DNA of 64,000 nt, from the IMG/VR virus record IMGVR_UViG_3300045988_174823. One strand, 5' to 3'. Position numbers and translations under genes: made by a program. Under the pieces are notes generated by a model. The model ran no database searches. It worked only from the letters and a program-made list of their open reading frames with translations, and had not been told where the DNA came from. Numbering within the stretch: position 1 is the first letter of the stretch; each line of letters opens with the position of its first letter. Below, in pieces: positions 1-8,212 of the stretch. Origin of the DNA: a virus.

Positions 1-1519
1 ACGGCGTATCGGTAGAGTGCAGGTTTACGGATAACCAAATCGTCAGCCATCGTTCAAGAGTATTTAACCAGTTATCAACCGCCGTGTCCAGTATTCCAAT
101 ACCATCCTCGCCGACGGCCTTAACGTAGGTATTTAACCGTGTCGATGAGTGCTCCGAGAAATAGGCGTCATCAATGTCTATAAAGTCAATGACGGCCGAA
201 CGTATCTTAGCTTCCGTAGCGCCAAGAACACGCCCTTTGCGCTGGATTGTGTTGGCGTTTTCAAGACCTCCATCGACGTTGAAAAGTATTTCAACCTCCG
301 GTAGCGTAACGCCTTTCTTGAAGATATTAGACGCCATAAGTACACCACCATCGGTACGCTCCAAAAACTCGTTTTTGACGCGTTCGCGCTCCTCGTTGTC
401 AGTATCGCCATGGATAAAAGTACACCCGGTGAGTTCGCTGATATGACGGCCGTGGTCCACGGATTGAAACATCACCAGCGTCTTAAACCCGCGGTCACGG
501 CACATCTCGATGACTTTAACGACGATAGCGTCACGAATCTGAGAGTTGAATATCAACGCCTTTTGATATGCCATGTAGGTAGCGGCGCTGATAGCGCGGG
601 CATCCTGTTCTAAGGCCAGCAAAAATACCTTGTACTCGGTCAATACACCACGTTCGCGTAACGTTTCTTCCTTGATACGATATACCACATCGCCACTCCA
701 GGCCTTAAGATGCAAGTTCTCCACGAACGCCTCTGCGCGATACGGCGTGGCCGAAAGGCTTAGCTGGTGTGTGAGGCGCTTGCAACTTTTGTATATCCTT
801 AGTTTAGGAGCCGAAGCATTATCATGAATCTCATCTACAATCAAGAACCGTAGGCTTTTCAAAAAGTTCTTGAGTTTGTTCTTCTTTCCAGTCTCAGTAC
901 AGCGTTTAGAGAGCGTCGATTGAATAGTTTGTATCATGCCGACGGTTACGCGCTTTTCGGTATCAACACGTCCCGCACGTATCTCACCAATCTCGATTCC
1001 GCCGTAAGGCTCAAAATAGCGTGTAAAATCATCTATAGCCTGCTGGAATAGGGTTTTACTATCAACCAAGAAAAGGACCTTATGCGATACAGCTTCAGTC
1101 TTCAAGAAGATACGTATGCACTCGCCAGCAATAAAGGTCTTTCCGCCACGCGTTGGAACGACAATGATACCTATGCGTCGTCGGAAAAACGCCTCAACAG
1201 CTCGTCGCTGGTGGATGTACTTTCCACTCAATCGTTCGTCGATTTTAACCGACCGCGGTAGCTTAAAATCGTAATCCGTCAATCGGTACTCGCGGCCAGC
1301 GGACGAAAGTTTTTTGATCAGCGTCGGCAGCATCCCGACCTTAAACGTAAACGCTCGGCGATCGAACATCTGTATTGTGTCTGAATACGCAAAAGGGCTC
1401 GGGTTACGATACGTAAGCGCCTTGGCCACTATACGCTTACCCAAGCTATCGCACCCGACAAATGAGTACTCAAAAAAGTTTACGCGAACTATTTCTATCC
1501 TGTAGGCTGCCATATGCAT
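1..1519 (-). CDS. Superfamily-2 DEAD/DEAH-box (ResIII-type) helicase; C-terminus runs off the window edge
   Basis: Manual minus-strand translation; absent from the ORF track because no stop lies inside the window. ATG at 1519/1513. Walker A 'VVPTRGGKTFIA', motif II 'LIVDEIHD', motif III 'SATP', motif VI 'QRKGRVLG'. Frame is open to position 1. Confidence 0.8.
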   Translation of the reverse strand, partial: MHMAAYRIEIVRVNFFEYSFVGCDSLGKRIVAKALTYRNPSPFAYSDTIQMFDRRAFTFKVGMLPTLIKKLSSAGREYRLTDYDFKLPRSVKIDERLSGKYIHQRRAVEAFFRRRIGIIVVPTRGGKTFIAGECIRIFLKTEAVSHKVLFLVDSKTLFQQAIDDFTRYFEPYGGIEIGEIRAGRVDTEKRVTVGMIQTIQSTLSKRCTETGKKNKLKNFLKSLRFLIVDEIHDNASAPKLRIYKSCKRLTHQLSLSATPYRAEAFVENLHLKAWSGDVVYRIKEETLRERGVLTEYKVFLLALEQDARAISAATYMAYQKALIFNSQIRDAIVVKVIEMCRDRGFKTLVMFQSVDHGRHISELTGCTFIHGDTDNEERERVKNEFLERTDGGVLMASNIFKKGVTLPEVEILFNVDGGLENANTIQRKGRVLGATEAKIRSAVIDFIDIDDAYFSEHSSTRLNTYVKAVGEDGIGILDTAVDNWLNTLERWLTIWLSVNLHSTDTP

Positions 1520-1829
1520 ATCCCCGCCGCTGTGAGCGGTTGCTGTACTGAATCTTTAACTTTGACGCTGTAAGGTCGCTCGGTACAGGTTTAACAACCA
1601 CCCAAATTCCATGTCGGGGAGAATGGCGTATATACCCTGCACCAGCCATGAGATTGAAATAGGCATTCATGGTGGTAACCGAACCGTACTTACGATAATT
1701 TTCTGCGCGTTCCTCCAATATGGCTCGTATGGCTTTCTGTGTCACCAAACTGCCATACGAGCATTTAGACATGTATTCACGGATAACGCTCCAAGCCGTG
1801 ACACTGGTCTTTGTTCTTCGAAATACCAT
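1470..1829 (-). CDS. hypothetical protein
   Basis: 119-aa ORF co-directional with and tightly packed against its neighbours. No recognisable motif. Confidence 0.5.
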   Translation of the reverse strand: MVFRRTKTSVTAWSVIREYMSKCSYGSLVTQKAIRAILEERAENYRKYGSVTTMNAYFNLMAGAGYIRHSPRHGIWVVVKPVPSDLTASKLKIQYSNRSQRRGYAYGSLQDRNSSRKLF

Positions 1830-1831
1830 GG

Positions 1832-2182
1832 CTAACTTTCTTTGTCAACGGCGTTGGCGTAATAAGATACCAAATACTCAAGAAACTCCAGGCGACGTTG
1901 TTTTTCGGTAATAATCCACCAAAAAAGGAACGCTTCTGAATTGGCGTCATCAGGACGTACAAACGCTGGGATAAGTTCAGACACCGTTGGCCTACTGCAT
2001 CCTCTATGACGAATCAACGCGAGCATCAATTTGTTGAATTCCTTGTCATCAGTTTCCTCATAGCCATTTTTGATTATCGTATTTATCAACAACGGACACA
2101 TACCGTTGTAGCTTTGAGGATTCTTTCGCCATTCATCACGCGCTTTCACGCATATCTTGAATCTCCATTCATTTACAGTCAT
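1832..2182 (-). CDS. hypothetical protein
   Basis: 116-aa ORF; its stop lies 2 nt upstream of the next start. No recognisable motif. Confidence 0.55.
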   Translation of the reverse strand: MTVNEWRFKICVKARDEWRKNPQSYNGMCPLLINTIIKNGYEETDDKEFNKLMLALIRHRGCSRPTVSELIPAFVRPDDANSEAFLFWWIITEKQRRLEFLEYLVSYYANAVDKES

Positions 2183-2479
2183 CTTTTCAACAATTTCGTT
2201 TCAAAATCACATGCCTTACGCACGCACATCACATTCTCTTGCTGGTGGGGGATATAGCGAAGGAGGTTTACCCCCTTTCCCCCTACTGCCAATGTGGCTT
2301 CTTGCTGTATGGGTCGCGTGTCGTTGAAGTGGTTTACCCCTGTTTATCCCGAACACCGTTGCACGCTTTGGTAACCACATAAACGTTGTAGGACATTAGG
2401 CGACGCAAAACGCTTCGATGGGGTACGTGTATAGGCACGTAAATAAAAACTCGCTGCCAATGAGAATTTCGGCCCTACA

Positions 2480-2507
2480 ACGCGAAAGACCCCGGCGTGA
2501 ACCGGGG
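2480..2507 (-). terminator. rho-independent-type terminator hairpin after the membrane HEXXH gene
   Basis: CCCCGG(2490-2495)/CCGGGG(2502-2507) stem with a 6-nt loop. On the minus strand it is followed by TCTTTCG. It lies about 25 nt after the stop at 2532. Confidence 0.5.
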
Positions 2508-2531
2508 CCTCTCTTTGCTGACCTGCTATCG

Positions 2532-2969
2532 TTACCGCTTAGGAGGGTATTTCTTATTCGAAATGTACTTAACCCACCCAAACCAATGATTCCAGAAGTG
2601 ACGTGAATAATCAGGGTCATCCTGGGTGTACTGGCATTCGGTTTCGAAACAGATGTTCTTATACGCCATGTTGTACGGCGGAAGCAGGATTTCAATCAAC
2701 CAGCATACCACATACACGGCATAATACGACACTACCCAAAGCAACCACCACCAAGGGTTGTAATCGTATATGAGCCACGTTGCAAGGAACAACGCAAAAG
2801 AGGTAATCATGATTTGAAGAACCTGGTGCCAGTGACGACGTTCATGACGATAAATAGCTTCCGGGATATTGCGCCCATGCGCCGTATCTTCACGAACGAA
2901 GATAATGAACCACAAGGTCATCATCCAGAACCCCTTAACAGGGATTAGCTTGTTGAAGATAATCCACAT
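2532..2969 (-). CDS. polytopic membrane protein with HEXXH (zincin-like) motif
   Basis: 145 aa with several Trp/Leu-rich hydrophobic helices. 'HERRH' matches HEXXH and is followed by 'WHQ'. Confidence 0.5.
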   Translation of the reverse strand: MWIIFNKLIPVKGFWMMTLWFIIFVREDTAHGRNIPEAIYRHERRHWHQVLQIMITSFALFLATWLIYDYNPWWWLLWVVSYYAVYVVCWLIEILLPPYNMAYKNICFETECQYTQDDPDYSRHFWNHWFGWVKYISNKKYPPKR

Positions 2970-2982
2970 ATCCTACCGTAGT

Positions 2983-3315
2983 TTATTTTCCTGCCGTGGT
3001 AGTGATGTTGCAGGCAGTGCCTTCGACCGTTCCGCTGCCGTTGGCCGTTCCCGTAAGGGTGATGGTCTTCAGCAGTTCCGTTTTTTGAGCGTAAGAGCCA
3101 AGATCGGTCTTTTTGGCGTAGTCACCCATGTTGGGCTTGCCTTGAACGTCGTCCCAGCTGACTTGACTTCCGCCACCGCCCGTCGAAGCGTCGGCCAGTT
3201 TCAGATCAACGATCTCAAGCAAATCGTTGACCGTCTCCACCGTAGCGTAGGGAGTGATCTGCAGGCTCTCGCGAATTTTGGCGATAAGGGCCTGAATTTT
3301 CTCGGTGTTTGCCAT
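2983..3315 (-). CDS. small tail-fibre-like protein
   Basis: 110 aa. 'SWDDVQGKP' matches the W-x-D-[IV]-x-G-K-P motif common in phage tail fibres. A Gly-rich linker is present and the gene sits at the distal end of the tail module. Confidence 0.5.
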   Translation of the reverse strand: MANTEKIQALIAKIRESLQITPYATVETVNDLLEIVDLKLADASTGGGGSQVSWDDVQGKPNMGDYAKKTDLGSYAQKTELLKTITLTGTANGSGTVEGTACNITTTAGK

Positions 3316-3352
3316 AATACTTTGTTGTTAATGTGTTAATGAAAGGTTTTTT

Positions 3353-3661
3353 CTAACTTTTTGGGAATCCAGCCTTGGTATTTTCATAAAGACCTACTGT
3401 CTGAGCTGTATCCCACGTAGCAATAACAAGATTATCGCTTAGCTGTATGACCTTCAACTGCCGTGAAACTTGTGCATCGGCAGAAACGTTTGGCGCATTG
3501 GTGGTGAAAGTTACAGTCTTCTGACGTTGAGACCCTGTGTAATTTGGATCTGATGTCACCTTGACAGAGGTTGTTCCTGGTAACTTAGCTGGATCAAACG
3601 ACACATAAAAATTGTCGCCGGATCCATCGCCCCAAGCAATTGTTGTTTTCTGAATAGCCAT
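3353..3661 (-). CDS. Ig-like / BACON-like domain protein
   Basis: 102 aa. 'VKVTSDPNYTGSQRQKTVTFTT...LKVIQ' resembles the C-terminal half of BACON/Ig-like domains. Confidence 0.45.
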   Translation of the reverse strand: MAIQKTTIAWGDGSGDNFYVSFDPAKLPGTTSVKVTSDPNYTGSQRQKTVTFTTNAPNVSADAQVSRQLKVIQLSDNLVIATWDTAQTVGLYENTKAGFPKS

Positions 3662-3678
3662 ACGCAGTTTTAATTATT

Positions 3679-3708
3679 CCCGGAGGCAGTAAATAACTAA
3701 CCTCCGGG
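3679..3708 (-). terminator. intergenic stem-loop (possible terminator)
   Basis: CCCGGAGG(3679-3686)/CCTCCGGG(3701-3708), an 8-bp GC stem, about 20 nt after the stop at 3728. The downstream sequence is A/T-rich but has no clean T-run. Confidence 0.45.
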
Positions 3709-3727
3709 ATGATACAGTTTGGTAACG

Positions 3728-4354
3728 TTACGATACAGTGAACGTAGTGTTGGTCGTTACACTGAGTGTTACGCCTGTACCGTCCTGAGGAACATTGACG
3801 TTTTTCTTGTCGATGTTAAGATAAGGATCACCCGATGCCTGCTTGAGCGTGATCGTGGCAGTTTTAGTGCCTTTCGTAGTGGCAGTGATTTGCTGAGTAC
3901 GCTCCGAAATAGTTGTGTTCTTAGATGCTGTAAGCGTCAAAACGAACGCAAATTTCTTCGTTGCGCCAGGATCGCTCGGGATAGCTACGCCGGAAGTAGC
4001 ACTGGCACCATTAGCCTGGTAGCCGATCGATGCGACATCGGCGGTAATAATGCTTCCCGCACCTTTCGAGAACGTAATGGTGGCGGCGTTGGACATACCG
4101 TCCAATACAACCGGACCGCCATCTTTGGGAACTGATGCCCCAGATCCGTCGTCAAACGACACAAATTCAGCAGCAGCCTGTAAGACGGCCGAGAATGACT
4201 TGTTGGGGCTTACTCCAGGAGCGGTAATTACAAAATTATCCGTTTGGTTTAAGCGGTTGCCGAGATTGGCAGTTTTAGCTTTGAGCGTCAGCTCGGTATC
4301 ACCTGAGCCCGAACCAGGAGAACAGATGACGTAGCTTTTTGTTACATTAGCCAT
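3728..4354 (-). CDS. surface protein with two BACON/Ig-like repeats
   Basis: Start moved to the ATG at 4354 ('MANVTK'), because the track ORF extension to 4507 overlaps the upstream gene. Two repeats each end in '...N.T..ER...IT.TT....TITLKQ'-type strands. Confidence 0.55.
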   Translation of the reverse strand: MANVTKSYVICSPGSGSGDTELTLKAKTANLGNRLNQTDNFVITAPGVSPNKSFSAVLQAAAEFVSFDDGSGASVPKDGGPVVLDGMSNAATITFSKGAGSIITADVASIGYQANGASATSGVAIPSDPGATKKFAFVLTLTASKNTTISERTQQITATTKGTKTATITLKQASGDPYLNIDKKNVNVPQDGTGVTLSVTTNTTFTVS

Positions 4355-4376
4355 AGTTTTTTTTTTGTATGTGGAA

Positions 4377-4658
4377 TTATTCCACGTTAAACGAAGTATT
4401 TGTGTGTACATTATTTTGTCCGTACCAATCATTTTCCTGTGTAAGCCAAACGAACTGCTTCTCGATCTCCAAATAAGGACGTTCGCGCTTAAATAACACC
4501 TCGCCATTTAAGACAATCCGCTGTATGGTCGGCTTATCAGCTTGATAAGGCCAGATTATTTTGCCATTAAATACAACACGACTGATTTCTTCAGACGCCA
4601 CTAACTGGCGACCGTTAAAGATCAAGTCTGTTATTTTTTTATTGGCCATTTTCGTCAA
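4377..4658 (-). CDS. hypothetical tail-associated protein
   Basis: 93 aa with an internal triplicated 'hFNG+.h' motif (IFNGRQL / VFNGKIIW / VLNGEVLF). The start could instead be the ATG at 4649. Confidence 0.5.
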   Translation of the reverse strand: MTKMANKKITDLIFNGRQLVASEEISRVVFNGKIIWPYQADKPTIQRIVLNGEVLFKRERPYLEIEKQFVWLTQENDWYGQNNVHTNTSFNVE

Positions 4659-4866
4659 GTTTTACCTCGATGTACAAAATATTGTCGTTTATCATAGGCG
4701 CTTCTGTCACTACTTCAACACCTCGTACCGATTCCGACCGAACGCTTTTTGCGTTAATTTCGTTTTGAAATTTTTGTTCACTTTCATCGAAAATCTGCTC
4801 CGACCTCGCCAATTTCCCATCGGCGGTTTTTGAGTGAAGTAATCCGTATATATTGATCTCAGCCAT
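4639..4866 (-). CDS. hypothetical protein
   Basis: 75-aa ORF packed within the tail module. Confidence 0.45.
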   Translation of the reverse strand: MAEINIYGLLHSKTADGKLARSEQIFDESEQKFQNEINAKSVRSESVRGVEVVTEAPMINDNILYIEVKLDENGQ

Positions 4867-4871
4867 ATTGG

Positions 4872-5957
4872 TTATTCGATTATACCGTTAAAACGACCTG
4901 CTGCCCACGGTCCTGCGCTGCGGTAGCACTTGTAATTGCCCTTTCCCTCAACCGTCACTATTATCGGAAGCGCCATCGGTACATCAAAACCACCCGACGT
5001 TACGCTGTTGATAGTCATATCATCAGGAACACAGAGCCACAGGTATTCGTTAGCACCAACATCCACCGTAACTTCTCCGGCGGGAGATGGCTTGATAGGT
5101 TGCTGATACATGCCAAGAACGTCTGCTGATTCAATACTTTCCTTCGGTGAAGCATCGAAATACATATGCCTGTAAGCGTTTACCGTAACCGTTACGGTCT
5201 TAACAATGCCCTTTATTACGGCCGTTATTTCATACTCCTGCGTAGTACTGATGTTATCAGTGACGCTCTTTACATCAGGATCAGTAACGAGAACAGCATC
5301 ACCCTTTCGGACTTCAATCGAATCAGGCGTTATGGGTTGATCGTTAAACTTAGTCTCCCAAGCCAACGTGACCTCCGTCTCAACGTTTTCTTCGAAAATA
5401 TCGGGAATTGCTTGAGAGGTTAAGTCAGTGTATTGCGTATATACCACGTTGGCTAATTCATCAACGCTATCTTGCGAAGCGGCGTTGATATTTTCACGTG
5501 CTTGTTGCTGTTCGTTGGTCTTGAGTTCCTGTGCGATGTCAAACCGCACGGCTCCGATCTCCACCTCGCCATCAGCCGAATACGCTGGGATCATTACCGT
5601 TTGAACCTGCCAGTAGTTGGTATTCCAAAACAGTACAACGAAACCCACGTGAGTCTCATCAGTCGTCACCGTTATGGGGTTTAACTGGGCATCGACGAAC
5701 TTTCTGTAGGTAACGGTTTGATTGACCCCAACCTGAGACAGGTATGCAACACGAGCCGAAGGCGGTTCAATAGGTTCCGTTTCAGCGTCAGCTATACCAA
5801 CAATAGACGTGCTCATTGTTGTTTCAAGCTGCTGAACATAATCCAACAACGCCAACTCGTAGTTTTGCTGGTTGGGGACTTCAACCTTAGTCCCCTGCGG
5901 CCGTTCGTCGAGGGTTTGAAGGATAAGTTTCCGGACTTCGTTATAAGACAGTGGCAT
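4872..5957 (-). CDS. tail fibre / baseplate-distal structural protein
   Basis: Start set at the ATG at 5957 ('MPLSYNEVRKL'), 4 nt after the TAG of the upstream gene. The track extension to 6095 overlaps that gene. The call rests on position. Confidence 0.5.
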   Translation of the reverse strand: MPLSYNEVRKLILQTLDERPQGTKVEVPNQQNYELALLDYVQQLETTMSTSIVGIADAETEPIEPPSARVAYLSQVGVNQTVTYRKFVDAQLNPITVTTDETHVGFVVLFWNTNYWQVQTVMIPAYSADGEVEIGAVRFDIAQELKTNEQQQARENINAASQDSVDELANVVYTQYTDLTSQAIPDIFEENVETEVTLAWETKFNDQPITPDSIEVRKGDAVLVTDPDVKSVTDNISTTQEYEITAVIKGIVKTVTVTVNAYRHMYFDASPKESIESADVLGMYQQPIKPSPAGEVTVDVGANEYLWLCVPDDMTINSVTSGGFDVPMALPIIVTVEGKGNYKCYRSAGPWAAGRFNGIIE

Positions 5958-5961
5958 ATGG

Positions 5962-6855
5962 CTATGAATAATCTTGTTCGTTGTACTCGTCGCTATATTC
6001 ACGAGTGTCAACAAGGTTATAATTGACAATGATCGAAATACGTTCCAGAGTTTCCTCTTTGACTTTTTCGTCGTACTCTTTGAACAGCTGTTCACAGGTC
6101 TTGTGAGCCGTTTCTTTGATAGTACGTTTTATCCACAGCCCAATACAATCATCAGGCTGCAGCGTTTCGGCCACCAGTAGCGTATTGTTGATGGCATTAC
6201 GAAACTCGCCATCAAACTCCAAACGTATTTTACCATCCTCCTCGGCCATGACACTAACAGGGAACGGATCGATAGCTTCGTAGTCCTTACGTTCAATGCG
6301 AAAGACCTTTTCGCTTACGTACACCACTTGCCAAACCGAACTGTCAGCGAACGCTGCCTTAACGGCGTTGAACGTTCCCTCGTAATCGGCCGTTTCAGGC
6401 GATTTGACGAGAATATTAAACGGATCCAGTACAAACTCCTCTCCGAGTGCTGCAGGCGATTGTATGGTCACTTGTACGCCAGCACGGCGGAAGTCAGCGT
6501 TGTAGAACGTAACGCCGATAGGTAGCTGATAGCGGCTGCGCAGCGATTCCATTTGCAGATTCTTCACTGCCACAGCAGCTACCTCAAACTGGCAGAGATC
6601 ATCGTCGGCTCCCACAATCTTGATTTCAACGTCGGCAGCAGGTTGCGTGTTCTTGTTGATAAGCGCGAACGCCATGCACTCCGTCGGGCGATTTTGCAAT
6701 GTGAGTAACGATACCTGATCGAACAACACGTTTAATGCCGAATTAGGAACCGGGGTTGAACTCACATAGCCACCCAGACTCATTCGGGGATCGTTTTGAG
6801 GCGCATCAGATGACGTCATCAATGAGTTCGGCGCGCCTGTAAGAAAGAGCATCAT
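5962..6855 (-). CDS. virion structural protein (baseplate/tail module)
   Basis: 297-aa ORF translationally coupled to its neighbours (4-nt overlap upstream). Confidence 0.55.
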   Translation of the reverse strand: MMLFLTGAPNSLMTSSDAPQNDPRMSLGGYVSSTPVPNSALNVLFDQVSLLTLQNRPTECMAFALINKNTQPAADVEIKIVGADDDLCQFEVAAVAVKNLQMESLRSRYQLPIGVTFYNADFRRAGVQVTIQSPAALGEEFVLDPFNILVKSPETADYEGTFNAVKAAFADSSVWQVVYVSEKVFRIERKDYEAIDPFPVSVMAEEDGKIRLEFDGEFRNAINNTLLVAETLQPDDCIGLWIKRTIKETAHKTCEQLFKEYDEKVKEETLERISIIVNYNLVDTREYSDEYNEQDYS

Positions 6856-8210
6856 AGATTAACGGTCAAAACAGAGTTCGTCAATATTTTAGACATTTCG
6901 TCGATGTGGTCCTTATATCCTGCCGACGGAAACATCTTGAAGGCACTTGCGTTGCGACCGTCAACATCACGATAGCGCAACGAGAGAGAGGTTTGACCGC
7001 TGTTTAGCGGAACGAAGATATTAGCCTGTACATCCGTTACCGAGAAGCGAGCCGTGGTACGAATGCCGCGCCACGTAGTCGCTCCAGAAGCCGTTAGTTG
7101 GTATTCGATGTCGGCCACCGTAGGTACGATAACGAAGTCGTCTCCCTCTCCAAGAGCGATATCACCGCTCCATGAAGCCAGTGTAAGGGTAGTATTGGCG
7201 TTATCAACGATTCTTACGCCCTTTCCGGTGGCGCGATTAAATAGCGTCCATCCGACAAATACCGACGACGGGATAGTCCCGCCTGTACTTGATACTGTAC
7301 CCAAGACGTTGTTGCTCCCCTCCAAGATACGGAACTGGAGATCCGACGCCCTAACTTCGAAGCCCGTAATGGTGTAGCCGTTCTCAACGGCAATACGCAG
7401 CATATTACCGTAACGCTCCACGTTGAGCACGCTGACAATATTGGAAGAGGCTGCAGATATTTCTTCCGTTGGCTCTACATTGAACGTGCACGAATTACGC
7501 ATATCGACAATAGACATTTCGCCGCTTTCCCAATTCAATTGGGCGATTATAAATTCTTCGCCTGCTTGTACTTCAGGAATCGTATCCGACTGCACCATCC
7601 GTACCTGGAACGAGTCATATTCGTATATGAGTTCATTGGCCGATGACGGCACAAAACCCGGCGTGAACGCGCCCACAACGCCATAGCGCAGGTTGCTTTC
7701 AGCCACGGCCGGAGCAGCAATAACGGCCGACGTGTCAGAAACTACATTGATAACCTCGTAATTGAGAACATTCTTGGTGGAGTCGATAAACTTGACAGCG
7801 TTCGGGAAATTATCGCCACCACGAAGAACCTTGGTAAATTCGGTCCCTACGCCCGTGAGTGTACCGTCAGTAGTAACGGAAACCGTCCCGGCCTCGTAGT
7901 TGGTGATGGCGCGCGAAAGGATGACCCACGTTTTAGTTTCGGATTGAATAGCCTGCAACGTTACGGCCTCACGGCTGATGATACGGTCGAATTCCTTAGT
8001 CCACGCCACGCCCGGCGCAATCGAGACAACGTTCGCTTCGCCAGTGGCCGTAATTTCAAAAGCATTGTTGTCGGAATCACGAGCGATTCCGAAATTTTTT
8101 ACCATGGACTTAAACACCGCCTTGTAGCCTTCGTCCACCATCAGGCGGCGAAAGTTTTCCAATTCGGCTACCTCCAAAAAGAGGTTCGGTGACAGTTTCA
8201 GTTTCGACAT
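6852..8210 (-). CDS. virion structural protein (baseplate/tail module)
   Basis: 452-aa ORF in synteny with the baseplate block. Confidence 0.55.
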   Translation of the reverse strand: MSKLKLSPNLFLEVAELENFRRLMVDEGYKAVFKSMVKNFGIARDSDNNAFEITATGEANVVSIAPGVAWTKEFDRIISREAVTLQAIQSETKTWVILSRAITNYEAGTVSVTTDGTLTGVGTEFTKVLRGGDNFPNAVKFIDSTKNVLNYEVINVVSDTSAVIAAPAVAESNLRYGVVGAFTPGFVPSSANELIYEYDSFQVRMVQSDTIPEVQAGEEFIIAQLNWESGEMSIVDMRNSCTFNVEPTEEISAASSNIVSVLNVERYGNMLRIAVENGYTITGFEVRASDLQFRILEGSNNVLGTVSSTGGTIPSSVFVGWTLFNRATGKGVRIVDNANTTLTLASWSGDIALGEGDDFVIVPTVADIEYQLTASGATTWRGIRTTARFSVTDVQANIFVPLNSGQTSLSLRYRDVDGRNASAFKMFPSAGYKDHIDEMSKILTNSVLTVNL

Positions 8211-8212
8211 AT

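Noticed and set aside
3728-4507. N-terminal extensions of track ORFs (to 4507, 6095, 20695, 46051 and 62233)
   Set aside because: Each extension overlaps the 3' end of the upstream co-directional gene or a terminator hairpin. Each translates to low-complexity sequence. Each also contains an internal ATG placed 2-25 nt after the upstream stop, which gives a sensible N-terminus.
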